Shown here piece after piece: positions 14,895-37,130 of a DNA stretch of 64,000 bases. This stretch comes from the human T2T-CHM13v2.0 reference genome, Homo sapiens. The stretch lies in NCBI RefSeq assembly GCF_009914755.1, contig NC_060934.1, one strand, 5' to 3'. The notes under the pieces are model-generated. The model was not told the DNA's origin and ran no database searches. It worked only from the letters and a program-made list of their open reading frames with translations. The translations under genes and the position numbers were made by a program. Numbering within the stretch: the first letter of the stretch is position 1; each line of letters begins with the position of its first letter.

Positions 14895-16290
14895 TAATGA
14901 AAAAAATGCTCTGAAAAAGCAGCCTCTTTAATAAATAGTTCTGGGAAAAGTTGACATTCATTTGCAGCAGTATGAAACTAGACCCTCCCCTCTAAACTAA
15001 AAATGGATCAAAACAATAAAACAACAGAAAACAGGAATAATCCTTCAAGACATGGGTCTGGAGAAGACTTTCTGCAAAAGGCCGCAACAGCACAGGCAAC
15101 AAAAGCAAAAGTAAACAAATGGGATCATATAAAATAAAAAGCTTTTGCAAAGAAAAGGACAATCAACAGAATGAAAAGACAACCTCCAGAAGGGGAGAAA
15201 ATATTTGCAAACTATTCATCTGATGGGGGATTAACATCCAGAATATACAAAGAACTAAAAAATTCTCAATGATAAAAAAAACCTCAACAAACAATCCATT
15301 TTGCAAATGTTTAACAAAAATAGGCAAATGATCTCAACAGATATTTCTCAAAAGAAGACATACAAACAACCAATAATATATGACAACATGTTCAACATCA
15401 GTATTCATCAGGGAAATACAAATCAAAACACAATGAAGTATCATCTCACGCCATTTAGGATATCTATTATCAAAAAGACAAAAAAATAACAAATGCTGGT
15501 GAGGATGTGGAACAATGGGGAAATGTTTTTGATGGAAATGTAAGCTAGTACAGCCACTATGGAGAATAGTATGGAGGTTCTTCAAAAACTACAAATAGAA
15601 CTATTATACGATCCAGCAATACCACCACTGGATATTTATCCAAAGGAAAGAAAATCAGTATATTAAAGAGACACCTGCACCTCCAGGTTTATTGCAGTAC
15701 TATTCACAACATCCAAGATATGGAACCACCTAGGTTTCCAACAAGGGATGAATGAATTTGAAAAATGTGGTATATATACATGCTGAAATACTATTCAGCC
15801 ATAAAAAGAATGAAGACCTATCATTTGTGGCAACATGGATGGAACTGGAAGACATTATGTTAAGCGAAATAAGCCAGGAACAGAAAGTTAAACACTGTAT
15901 GTTTTCACTCATATGTGGAAGCTAAAAAAAGTTCATCTCATAGAAGACAAAAATAGAACAGAGGATACTAGAGTCTGAGGAGGGTGGGGGAAGTGGTAGG
16001 TTACACAGAGAGATTTGTTAAAGAATACAAAATTACAGCTAGATAGGAGGAATACATTGTAGTGTTCTATACCAGTGTAAGATGACAATAGTTAACTATT
16101 ATGTGTAGTTTCAAATATCTAGAATTAGGATATTGAATGTTTCTAACACAAAGAAATGATAAATGTTCGAGATGATTGATATGCCAGTTACCCTGATCTG
16201 ATCACTATACATTATATGTATTGAAGCATCACTATATACTCCATTAATATGTACAATTATTTCTCAGTAAAAAATGTAAAAAAGGAAAAA
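14895..16290 (+). mobile_element. L1MA (MA2/MA3-like) 3' 1.4 kb, sense to the gene
   Basis: ORF2 C-terminal remnants (e.g. TMKYHLTPFRISIIKK in 15301..15489) and an L1MA-type 3'UTR (aattacagctagataggaggaata...). Confidence 0.85.
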
Positions 16291-16958
16291 AGTTTTAAAA
16301 AGTCTTAACTCTTGGGGGAAGAAGGCAGGACAAAGAAGTCATGAATGTAGAATAAAAATTTTAAAATAAAATATTAACACATAGGCTCCAACCATATTTC
16401 AAAAGTTTAATAAACTATGATCAAGTAGGATTCATTCTAGGAATTCAACTGTGATTCGTTATCTGGGAATCTATAAATATAATTTATTAGTTCAAAACTA
16501 CCAAAGCAACAGGACATATCATTGTATGTTAAGACACTATAAAATAATTTCGCCTACTTTGCCTGGCAGACAGTAAAAAACTAAATAAATATTTATTTAA
16601 TGAATGCCAGGGGACAATTCCTGAGAGAAGATACGGGTATGAATGAGTTTTTTTTTAAACTGAGAATGAGTTAACCTAGAGTAAATTGTGCTTATTTTAG
16701 AATATTAAAAGAAGTTTTGAAGTAGGGAGCCAAAAAACAAAACCCCAGTAAAGTACCATCATTTCAGGGGCAGGTGGGAAAAGATATTTGGCAACATCCA
16801 GAAATGTAATTTTCTATTACAGAAGTTTTGAAATGGCTAATATAGGTTTTTCTTTATATTCATCTTGTTGTGAGCCTTGTACATACAACCTATGTGTACT
16901 TTCTGTCTTATTTCAAATTTGCATTTAAGACTAACTTATGAATTGGCATTTTAAGTGA

Positions 16959-17339
<381 letters not shown>

Positions 17340-17974
17340 TGAAAAAACATGAGCATTTATGGAAAAATTAGCCAGTGAATTTACATTTTCCACTTGCATT
17401 TTTTAATGTATAATTGTTAAAATAAATCAGTCTGCCTTCAGCTTGAGTTTTTAATGTAATTATCTATCCCTCACGTGTAAATAGTTTTGATGGTATAGTA
17501 CCGTTTGCTCAAATTTGGGTTTGAGAGAACAGTAACTCTAATTTTTTGATCTTATGTGTATTGAGTATATGGTTCATAATTAATATTTAGTACCTTAAAT
17601 AATGAGTACATTATGTTATTTTATTTTTTATTTTTTTAAGCCTGTATTCCAGAGAGTGTATATTATCTTGGTCTTCATTCTTTTCATCGTGGCTGTTTTG
17701 TTGGTATAGAATATTATTTCTGTAATTTTCATGATGTCAGTAACTATGGAATTTGCTTTAATTTGTTTGGCCTTGAACTGTTTATGAAGTGATAATAACC
17801 TAAGTGCTCCAGAAATATATTTTCTTCTTGGCAAGAAATATAAATTATAGTCAGACAGATTAAAAATGTAGGAGACTTTTTAGTGTAAGAATTGGTTTAG
17901 ACTACTTGTAAACACATTATATTTATTTAGTATTGAGCTTTAAGGCATTTGATTTATGCCCACATATCAAGCTG

Positions 17975-21029
<3,055 letters not shown>

Positions 21030-21473
21030 ACAAGTCAGAGTTTGAGTCCTCTGGAAAGCAGACTCTGAGGTAGAGTTTAGTATTCATGATGTTAATTGGG
21101 AGTACCCTTACAATCAATGCCTTTGCAAGAGGTAGGGGGATGATGCAGAATTGGACAAAGGGAGAAGTTGAGTTGTGATGCTCGATGGATAACCTTAGTC
21201 AACCCTGTAAGGATTGACTGAAGGCAAAATAATTGGTCATACTTCTCCAATGTTGGGCTGGAATGGCCAGGCCTTTATACCAATACATTGATCAGTCATT
21301 CAATATGGGTCATTCTAGGAAGGGTGTGCCCTTGAGTGAAGTGGGCCTGTGTTCCTCAGGCAGTTTGTGAGGTAGCTTGCAACTGACTCTTCACTGACAG
21401 CACTGCTAGCAACCCAGACAACAAGTTTTTTTTTGAATTATGATCTGGGCAGCATATATCCATGTCTACCAGA
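21030..21473 (-). mobile_element. LTR16-family 5' LTR of the ERVL remnant
   Basis: gaaagcagactctgag...agggagaagttga...gatctgggcagcat motifs; a degenerate Leu-type PBS (ttgtttcaggaatggt on the - strand) is adjacent. Confidence 0.7.
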
Positions 21474-21566
21474 AATATCCAAACTTCAGATGATTGACAC
21501 CAAATAAAAATTTATTTTTCACCCATTATACATGTTCATCATTGGTGGGCAGGGCAGATTTTTTTT

Positions 21567-27720
<6,154 letters not shown>

Positions 27721-28254
27721 AGATTTTTTTTTGTCATTATTTAGGGACCCAGGCTGACAGAAGACATAGGCTTTCATTGCTAATCAAATGCCTCCAACCA
27801 GAAACACAGATATTCCAGTAGCTTGCATTACATTGATACATTCAACTTCTAGGGATTGTAAGAGTATAATTTTGTGCCAGAAGGAAAGGAACTGAAATAT
27901 TTTATTGAACAGCACAAATGTCTATCAAAAGTATTGTATGTAATTCTTTTTTAAACTTTTAGTATAATTGAAGATGATGTCTTGGAGATAGTAATAAAGC
28001 TGTCACTTCCTACCGCTACATGTATTGAAAGGCAAATAACTTCTAGAAGTAGAATTATGTTTTATTATTATTTGCCTAAATTAATTGCCTTCATGTATAA
28101 TTACATTACTATTACTGTACTGTAATGTTTCTCTTCTGCAGGACTTGTGTACTTTAAAAACAAAACAAAAGAAAACCAGAACATGACTGAGAGCATAAGC
28201 ACTATTTTGTAAACAGTGGGATTAAATGAAAGTATACATACTTAAGAGTGAAAC

Positions 28255-31200
28255 CCTCTAGCTACCCTTTATCCACTTAGGGTCTTCCTAAAATGCTGTT
28301 AGTCCGATTTATGGTTTCCAGGCAGGAGACTGGAAAATTATCTGAAGAAATCTGACCAGCCTAAGAGAAAGCATGTAGAGATACTGACATTTGGAGGTCT
28401 CTAACTGAAATGGTTCCACCTGATCAGAATCCCAGAGGTCAACATGTCCTTCTTAAGCACTAAATTCCTAATGACTCTGGTGGTGCCTCACTCTTAAATT
28501 TGCAGCCTGTTATTATTTTGACAATTACAAAAAGTTACTAAATTTGATCAAAATGTCAAACGAGTAGGAAAAAATAAGAAATTAGGGGAAATAAAGATAA
28601 TCCACAGAGGAGATTATAAGTTAAATCTTTATGGACAGAAGATGTTACATTTGTGAAGCAAAATGTGAGATTTTAATAAAAATAGTTAATTCAGAAAAGA
28701 AAAAAATGAGCTCTTGGAAATTAAAATTAGGAAAACAAATCAATGATTTGAAGATAAAGTGAAGAATCTCCATAAAGTATTATGAATAATGGACAAATGG
28801 AAAATAGGGTAAAAAATGAGAAATTTAATATGACTGTTCCAGAAAACTTTGTATCTCAGTAATAGAATTGAAAAAGCAAAGAACATAACATTTTAGACAG
28901 GAAGGAAATTATCAAGTGAGTAATTCAAAAATATGTTTGGGATTGAAGTACACAAATTTTAAGACTAAAAGAGCCTACTGAGCCCCAGAAAAATAAATAC
29001 AAAAGACTCACAGCAAAGCTCATTACAAAAAGACAAAAAGAACCTAAAAACTTATATAGAGAGAAAAGAAATAGGACAAATAAATCATGAGACTTGATAG
29101 CATAGTGCCTTACAAAAGCAATACGAGAAGCCAGAAGAGTGGACTAATACCTTCAATATCTGAAAATGCTTTCCATGTTAGAATTCTAACACCAATCAAA
29201 TCATACTAAAAGTGTTAGAGTGAAATAAAATTATTTTTTAGAATTGCAGATTCTCAAAAATATACCTCCAATGTACACTTTATTTAGATACTTTAGGATT
29301 ATATCTCCTATTGAAGTATGAGATTAAATAAACAGATGAAATCTAAGAAATGGAATATATAACAGGGGAGAAATATGGAGGGAATCCTTATGATGATGTA
29401 ATAGGCCTAGAGAGCAGTAAGTTCAGATTGGAGAAGAAAGATGGAGTTTCAGGAGGGATGTCTTTACAAAGTAAATGAAATTGCCAGATATCTTGATGTA
29501 TTAGAAGATATTGAGAAGAAATGTACACATCTGGCAAAGGGTTGGGGGAGAAATAGCAGTAGATATACAGAAAGGTAAGCAAAAAAGTGAAAATATAATT
29601 TGTGGAGAAAGTAAGTTATTTAAGAATAAAAATGTAGTATGCTACCTGGCTTATCTGTGAATAATATCACAGATATATACTATCAAAGATAATAAAAACT
29701 GAACATTAGCTGAGTGTGGTGGTGTGCACCTATAATTCCAGAAACTCTGGAGGCTGAGGCAGGAGGATTGCTTGAGCCCAGGAATTAATTTAGTCCAGCC
29801 TAGGCAATACAGCCTAGGCAATATAGCAATTCCCCATCTCTAAAAAACAAATAAGAAACTGAATATTGCTCTAAACAAAATTATAATATAAATGTATAGA
29901 GAATGGAGGGAGAGGAAATATGCGTGTGTAAGTCTGTGTAAGAGCTTAATCTTCACCATCTGAAGAAGGAAGTCAGGCATATTATCTGAAACTGGGAACT
30001 AGGCATGCTGTTTAGAACAGATGAAAATACAAGAAACAAAAACAAAAACAAACTCTTTATAGCTGTTTATTTAGAATTAAAAGTGCTTACCTCCATGATT
30101 CTGGAATATGCTTTGGGAAGATAGGGGGCAGTGTATTTTTTTTTTTTTGATAAACCTTGTAGAAATATTGGACTTTTGGGCCTCACACATGTATATATTT
30201 AAAAATGATAAAATAAAAGCAAAGTATAACAGTACAGAAATTAAATGATGCACAAGTTAGTGGATCAAGGATAAATGTTCAAAAATTGGGAAAATTAGTG
30301 CATTGACATATACTTGGAAATATCTGGAAAATATGATATATGGGAAAAATTAAGTTTGATGCTTACCAGATATACAAAAATAAGTTGCAAAAAGATTGAA
30401 GACCAAAATAGTAAAAGCCAACAGAAAAACCTTTACTGGAAAATTAGAGATTATTTTTAAAATCTCAGTTTACTGAGTAAACAAGCACAGATCATAAGGT
30501 GACCTAAAGGTAAGACCAACTTTCTGTAAAACAAGGTTTCATAAACTAAGTGAAAAAAAGATGCTGTAGCATGGAAGAATATATGGTAATACATATAGCC
30601 AGCAAAGGATTAGTATCCAGAATATTTAATCAAGAATCCTTTAAATTATTAAGAAAAAGACAAAAAGCAAATAGAAAAATGTGCAAGTCTTAAACAGTGA
30701 TTTCATAGAAGACTAAAACAAATAACCTATACATGTGAAAATAAGTTGACTCACCAGTAACTGGAAAAATGTAAAATCAAACCATTCATCAGATTGGTAA
30801 AAATTTTAAGTCTGATAGAACTACATGTTGTAGAGAATATAAAACAAGAGGAACTGTTGTACACTGCTAATGTGAGTCAACACAACTACTTTGGGGAGCA
30901 AATTGGGAAAATCTAGTAAAATCGAAGTTGTGTCTTTTCTTATACCTCTTGGAAATCTAGAGAAACATTCAAAATATGCACAAGATACATATAAGAGTGA
31001 ATATACCAACATGACTTGTAATAGGAAAAAAATCTTTAAAAAGGCTAATTATTAACAGCTTAATGGGTAAATATTTTGTGTAGTCATAACATGGAAAACT
31101 CTAACATGGTTACAATGAGCACACAGTACCACTTGTATCTATAAATTTAAATGAGCTGTTGAATTGACATTTCTCCAAAGATATACAAATGTCCAATAAG

Positions 31201-31445
31201 CACATGAAAAGATGCTCAACATCACTAATCATTAGGGAATGCAAGTCAAAACCACAATGATATACTAATTCATACTCATTAGGATGGCTATGATAAAAAA
31301 ACAGAAGATAACAAGGGTTGACGAGGATGTGGAGACATATGAACCCTTTTGCATTACTGGTAAAAATGTAAAATGGTCCAGCTACTATGGAAAACAGAAT
31401 GGCAGTTTCTTAAAAAATTGAACACAGAATTACTATATGATCTGT
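28255..31445 (+). mobile_element. Highly diverged L1ME/L1MB fragments (5' region, ORF1, ORF2 3' end)
   Basis: A-rich ORF1-like tract at 28700-29300; L1 C-terminal motifs at 31170-31440 (aagcacatgaaaagatgctcaacatcactaatcattaggg). Confidence 0.65.
29708..29853 (+). mobile_element. FLAM (free left Alu monomer)
   Basis: Single monomer with ggaggattgcttgagcccagga; internal duplication of cagcctaggcaata; degenerate TSD aaactgaa(c/t)att. Confidence 0.85.
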
Positions 31446-31635
31446 TAATCAAATGGACCTCATACAAGTTATTTACCTTCATGTAGGTCTGATTCTTCAT
31501 TTCTAACATAGGGTAATACCTGCTCCATCAATTTCACTGGATTCTTATAAAGACCATTTTAAGATATGCGATGAAAACACTTTGGAACTTTTATGTGTAC
31601 TTAATTTATAAAAGTATACAGTTTATACTTTATAT

Positions 31636-31659
31636 AATTTCTTTTGCACCAACCTAATA
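31636..31659. mobile_element. MADE1/Hsmar1 terminal inverted repeat (solo)
   Basis: aatttcttttgcaccaacctaata matches the mariner ITR end CTTTTGCACCAACCTAA followed by TA. Confidence 0.75.
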
Positions 31660-32044
31660 GTGCTACAAACATATAATGTACATTTATTAAATTAACTCTA
31701 ACATGTAAAATTGGCAGTCTTAATCTTTATCATAGGCCTCCATAATAATATTTTCTAAAATGTGATCTTCAGAGCATTGACTCTTGAGGATCTTAATAGG
31801 CATTATGTGAAAAGTGCTTCTTTGGATAAAACATTGGGAAAACACTGTGTTAAATAAAGTTAGGTTAGGTTTCTGTACCTTTACACTCTCTCTTTTGAGA
31901 ATATTTAATAGGCAGATATACCATGTGGACTAAAAAGACAGATTATACACTTTTTCGGGGGAGATTTGTGTTTCCTGGATTATACTTTAGCATATACAGG
32001 TCAACATATATTTTATTGTTCTCAGTCTTTCAGCATCATTCTCT

Positions 32045-32130
32045 TTTTTTTTTAATTATACTTTAAGTTCTAGGGTTCATGTGCACAACGTGCACGTTTG
32101 TTACGTATGTATACATGTGCCATGTTGGTG
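32045..32130 (-). mobile_element. Extremely 5'-truncated L1PA (PA4-like) insertion with TSD
   Basis: Poly-T followed by attatactttaagttctaggg...gccatgttggtg; TSD TTCAGCATCATT(C/T)TCT at 32029-32044 and 32131-32146. Confidence 0.92.
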
Positions 32131-33151
32131 TTCAGCATCATTTTCTAAACTTACAGTTTTGGTTTTTATAATTTTTTGATGTTCATTAATAAAATATTGA
32201 GTTGAAACCAAATTTATTTTATTATTGTTATAGATGTAATTACTTAAATAAGAAAACAAGTAATTCATTACTTTAACTTTTACAACTAACTGTACTTAAG
32301 ATTATTTTCTTGTTCCATAAAGGCTTTTACCTAAACAAAATTAATTTGTTTTAAAAAATCTTGTATCTATATGCTTTCATGAAATACCAAAGCATGCCTT
32401 TATAAATATGACATTTCTAAGAAGTTGAAATCTAAAACACTGTATTGAGAATGTTCCTAGTCACTGAATGATGAATTATTTTAAATCTCAAATTTACGTT
32501 AGTATATATGTCAGTTCTGAGTTTATATTGAAATAATACACATTTTTCTTAACCACTTTCCATAGTTTCTATATAGTTCATAGATTATTTATGATTTTCA
32601 TTTTTTATCTAGAAGTTTTGCAGTTAAAATAATTCCCTTCTATATAAAAAAGCTTTTTTGAGAATTCAAATCATTAAAGTGATTTAAATGTTTTATCCTG
32701 ATGATTATATTTTTAGGTATTCTTTCAGTGAACATTGTATCTGCCATTGACTTTTGTATGCATACATGTCATATTTGATTTAGTATTTAACTTTCAAAGA
32801 GGTGTGCCCTATACTGACATTCATAAGTTTTACTTGGAATATTTAATAAATATATGTCTTCGAAATTATCTTCCAATATAAAATACCTCTAAGTTCATTC
32901 TTTTCATTTTCTTGTTCTCATATGCTTAAAATTATTTGTGAGAATTCTAGGCAAGAGTTATTTTTATTTAATGAATAATGTTAGTTGAGTAAATACACTA
33001 AATTGTAGGTCATGGAAAATTAATGAGAATTTTTTTTTTGCTTCCTGCTTATGCATAGTGTATCTTTAATTCGGCCAATGATGTTTTCATATTATTTGTC
33101 TTAGTTTATTCTTTTATTTCATTTTTTGTTTTTCTGTTTTCTTTTTTCTAG

Positions 33152-33236
33152 CTTGTGATGAATGGAAAATACTACCAAAACCAAATCTTCATAGAGATGT
33201 CAACAGATTTGGACACTCTGCAGTAGTCATTAACGG
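33152..33236 (+). CDS. ATRNL1: ATRNL1 coding exon B (85 nt, phase 1 to 2): (A)CDEWKILPKPNLHRDVNRFGHSAVVIN(G)
   Basis: Long polypyrimidine tract ending ttctag (AG 33150-51) and donor ACGG|gtaaaa. Kelch RFGHSAV motif. Not in the ORF track; phases match both neighbours. Confidence 0.95.
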
Positions 33237-33617
33237 GTAAAAGAAGCACATTTCCAATTTTTAGAGGGTCACTTATATCAGTCATACTATCCTCATATTC
33301 TGGTATTCTTTTTGAAAATTATCATTGGTACTTAATGGTATTGGATTTTATGCATCTCTTCTCTACCATAGAATGCATTTTGATTTGTCAATCATATCTT
33401 TTTTTCCTTTCTTGTTTAATATATTTAAGGGACATGGGAGTAGGTAAAGGAAAGGTGCTGAGATAAGACATCAGATACCCTTTTATGTCATCCTGCCTTC
33501 TTTTCTTTTTCCAGAGATCAGATAAGGAATGACTCTTCTTTTAAAAAGATGGAACTGAAATGATAGAGAGGCTAGCCCCATATTTCTATCAAGGAGAACA
33601 AGGAAAGTGAGAAGAAT

Positions 33618-33750
33618 TAGATTCTCATTTTAGTTCTGTCATTTACTAAATGTGTGATTTTTGACAAGTCTCTTAACCTCTCTGGACCTTAAAATCATTA
33701 TATCCATTGAGAAATTGGACTCAATGGTCATTACATTGCCTTCCCCATTT
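33618..33750 (+). mobile_element. MIR fragment
   Basis: ttctgtcatttactaaatgtgtgatttttgacaagtctcttaacctctctg is MIR core. Confidence 0.65.
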
Positions 33751-34755
33751 AAGTTAATATAATTTTTGTATTTCTATGGCAAAAATTTGGTAATTTGGAA
33801 TCCAGTGACAGTAAACAATCTGCTAGCTCATTTAGTGGCTTAACATTTGTAAATCAGAATGACCTTTTTATAAGCCCATTTTATTACCACCTTATCCTAA
33901 ATATGTAAAAATTCTCCACTATTGCCACAAAATGACTTAACCACAATGAAACTGTGTAACTGATATCAAGTGGCTGTCCAAACAGTAATACATGAAAACT
34001 GTGAACCATAAAACCTCCAGGGTTCTCTGGTTGATTTTTATTTTACTTTTTTAAAATAATAAAAGACATTCTTGAAGACTTTTTTGACTGATTCAATTTA
34101 TTATGTTAATAATATTTTTGACATGAAAAATATGCTGTTTTAAGGGCATTGGCACTGCTTGGTATTAATTTAGTATTGTCTAGGCTTCTCTTTCCAGACT
34201 GAATTTAAAAAATCTTTTTGATTATTTTACTCTTAGTTTTCTTATTTTAAAAGAATGAAACACCATAAGAAGAACTCGGTATCTAATTTCAAAATTCTGT
34301 GTCTATATTGAAAAGTTATAATTCTAGATAGCAGTTCTAAAGTGTGTCTTGTCCATGTATAGCTATTATCTATTTTTTTAAAACATTGTTTTCTATATTA
34401 TTAAAAAAATACTTATTTTTCTGACAAAGGAATATTGTATATAATCATTGTTTCTTTTCCTTTCTTGTATTAACAATAAAACATGTTTTGAAGACTTAGT
34501 GTTTTCTTAATATATTAAGATTTATAGAATATTTCATATTTTGTCTGGAAAGTCTTCAAGAAATTATATAGTAGTTCCTCTGGTGTTTTTATATCATATT
34601 GTATGCTAGAAATATGATTTTAAAGAACAGTACTAACAGAAGTACTTAAAATAGTATAAAATGTATATTTAAATCTATGCTTATTTTTATAACTAAATCA
34701 GTAGATAGGGACTTTTAATAGCGTTTCTTTAAGATTCTTGTTTTGTTTTTAATAG

Positions 34756-34964
34756 GTCCATGTATATATTTGGGGGATTTTCTAGTGTACTCCTTAATGA
34801 TATCCTTGTATACAAGCCTCCAAATTGCAAGGCTTTCAGAGATGAAGAACTTTGTAAAAATGCTGGTCCAGGGATAAAATGTGTTTGGAATAAAAATCAC
34901 TGTGAATCTTGGGAATCTGGGAATACTAATAATATTCTTAGAGCAAAGTGCCCTCCTAAAACAG
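34756..34964 (+). CDS. ATRNL1: ATRNL1 coding exon C (209 nt, phase 2 to 1): SMYIFGGFSSVLLNDILVYKPPNCKAFRDEELCKNAGPGIKCVWNKNHCESWESGNTNNILRAKCPPKT
   Basis: Acceptor tttttaatag (AG 34754-55) and donor ACAG|gtaaat. End of a kelch repeat (MYIFGG) followed by a Cys-rich PSI-like module. Overlaps ORF 34760..35041. Confidence 0.96.
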
Positions 34965-35730
34965 GTAAATTTCTTTTTCTTTTCGTCTTTGTGGCAGCAA
35001 AATTTCTCTTCTACAGAAGTAGAAATATCTTCTGCTTATAAGAATTACTTTAGTAGCTACAGAAATGAAAAATTTGTATTACCCTAATTAGGAATTCTAA
35101 TGTTTGAACCTAGTGATTAATAATTTAATACATTTATTAGCTATTTTTAGCTTTATTTTTGAAATCTGTATATATAGTATATATATCAATATTTTATATA
35201 TAACATTGTCATATATATGAATTATTTTCTAATATAAGTTTAAAATGCTTTCCAGTACATCATTTCTAAGAAGTGCTGTTAGATTCAAAGAAATAAAATG
35301 AAATAATTTATTTTCCATGTGGTATTTTTTTTTCTTCCTGAATTATTGCCAAACCACACCATAAAGTAAAAAAATGTTACAGCATTTCATGACTAATGAT
35401 CTGGTTTTATATTTCTTATAAAATGGTGAATAAATAAATGAGACTTATGAAAAGTTACCAGTCAATTATTAATCAGTTAGCTAATTAATTATTTGGATAA
35501 ATATTGTTTAGTTTTTTAAGTGCTGAGAGTTTTTATACATTTTTGCGGTTACAATTAATAAATGTATTTTTAAGTTTTACTAATCTATATTAATTCAGAT
35601 GTCTTTTATATCTTTAGAAAGGATGATAAACAGTATTTGTTATGATGTTTTCTTTTGTATGTATAGTAATACACTTTGTTCAGTAAAATATATGTAAATC
35701 CTTTGACTTTCTCTAAAATACGTAAATTTA

Positions 35731-36019
35731 TTTATTTTAGTTTATTTTTTGAGACAGAGTCTCACTCTGTCACCCAGGCTGGAGTGCAGTGGTGTGATCA
35801 AACTCTGTCTCCTGGTTTCAAGCAATTCTGCTGCCTTAGCTTTCCGAGTAGCTGGAATTACAGGCATGTGCCACTATGCCTGGCTAATTTTTGTATTTTT
35901 AGTAGAGATGGGTTTTGTGATGTTGGCCAGGCTTGTCTTGAACTCCTGACCTCAAGTGATCCGTCTACCTTGGCTTTTAAAAGTTCTGGGATTGCAGGCA
36001 TGAGCTACCGTGCCTGGCC
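35731..36019 (-). mobile_element. Alu (old S/J) with an internal deletion
   Basis: Alu dimer lacking tcggctcactgc; degenerate TSD aaaat(ac/gt)gt(a/g)aattta. Confidence 0.92.
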
Positions 36020-36284
36020 CAAAATGTGTGAATTTAAAATGTCTGTAGGATCCTTGTATATTGAATAATTAAAATGGGGGTAAAAGGTCTCGAAAATCCT
36101 GTAAACACAATTGAACTACAAAAGTTGTCTTAATCTTTAGAAAACTTACTTTGAAATTGAAGGTCATTTCTTTGGTTAAAAAATGTCTTAGTGATTCTTA
36201 ATGATTCTTAAATAGATATTGTAAATTAAGAAGAGTAAGATTTTCTTTTCCGTGCTGATATATCGTCCCCCATTTGTATTATAG

Positions 36285-36403
36285 CTGCTTCTGATGACAG
36301 ATGTTACAGATATGCAGATTGTGCCAGCTGTACTGCCAATACAAATGGGTGCCAATGGTGTGATGACAAGAAATGCATTTCGGCAAATAGTAACTGCAGT
36401 ATG
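36285..36403 (+). CDS. ATRNL1: ATRNL1 coding exon D (119 nt, phase 1 to 0), PSI domain: (A)[39 protein letters not shown]
   Basis: Acceptor gtattatag (AG 36283-84) and donor ATG|gttagt. PSI pattern C....CxSC.....CxWC....C. Frame is consistent with both neighbours. Confidence 0.95.
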
Positions 36404-36870
36404 GTTAGTATTTATGGGTAAATGGTGCTGTAGTTACAACAGACTGCTGCTTTATGATCATTAGCTTACCATTTAGTAGCACTGTAGAAAAAAAGCACTT
36501 TACACATTAAGACATTTAGAAAGTATATAGGGAATCATTCACTTCTTGGCAAATTGTGAAGTTAGATTGGTTTGTTGTTCAAATTTGTCAGTCTAGATTC
36601 CATTTTGGATCCATCAACTTTACTTCTTTTCATGGATGAGACTGGGAACATTTTTTCAAAACTGATATTGAAAAAGACTATAGCTATAAATGTTGTCTTC
36701 TGTTCCTATGAAAATAAGATTATATAGGTAGGTATTGAAATAATTTCCATTGGATTCCTGTCAGACATGCATTAGTGGTCGTGTGGTCTAGTGCTTTGTT
36801 TTCACACTTTGTGTGTAAGTTTAACCTGAGTTTTTGGTAGTTGTAGTTTCTCTTTTAACTGTCTATACAT

Positions 36871-37130
36871 TAGTGGTTCTCAAGTTGAGGCAATTTTGTC
36901 TCACAGGGGACATTTTGCAGAGACATTTTGGTTGTCACAAATGTGGAGCTGCTATTGGCATCTAATAGGTAGAAGCAAGGGAGCTGCTAAACATTCTACA
37001 GTTTGATAAGATTTTTTAACGTCCTTTTTCATCTAAAGTAGAGTTTTAGCACTATTGACATTTTGAGCCCTATAATTATTTGTTTATTTGTTTATTTGTT
37101 GTGGGAGGGCTGTTCTATATATTGCAGAAT
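36871..37130. mobile_element. MER20 (hAT-Charlie) with its 3' half inverted
   Basis: 36871-37000 matches the MER20 5' half on + (tagtggttctcaa...gctgctaaacattctaca). 37039-37130 matches the 3' half on - (gcactattgacattttg...gggctgttct). Confidence 0.8.

Noticed and set aside
31745-32000. Possible old hAT MITE
   Set aside because: Only a vague resemblance; I could not fix the termini or family.
34965-35041. Hydrophobic extension of ORF 34760..35041 as an alternative membrane-anchored C-terminus
   Set aside because: It is T-rich intron after a strong CAG|gtaaat donor, with no independent support.
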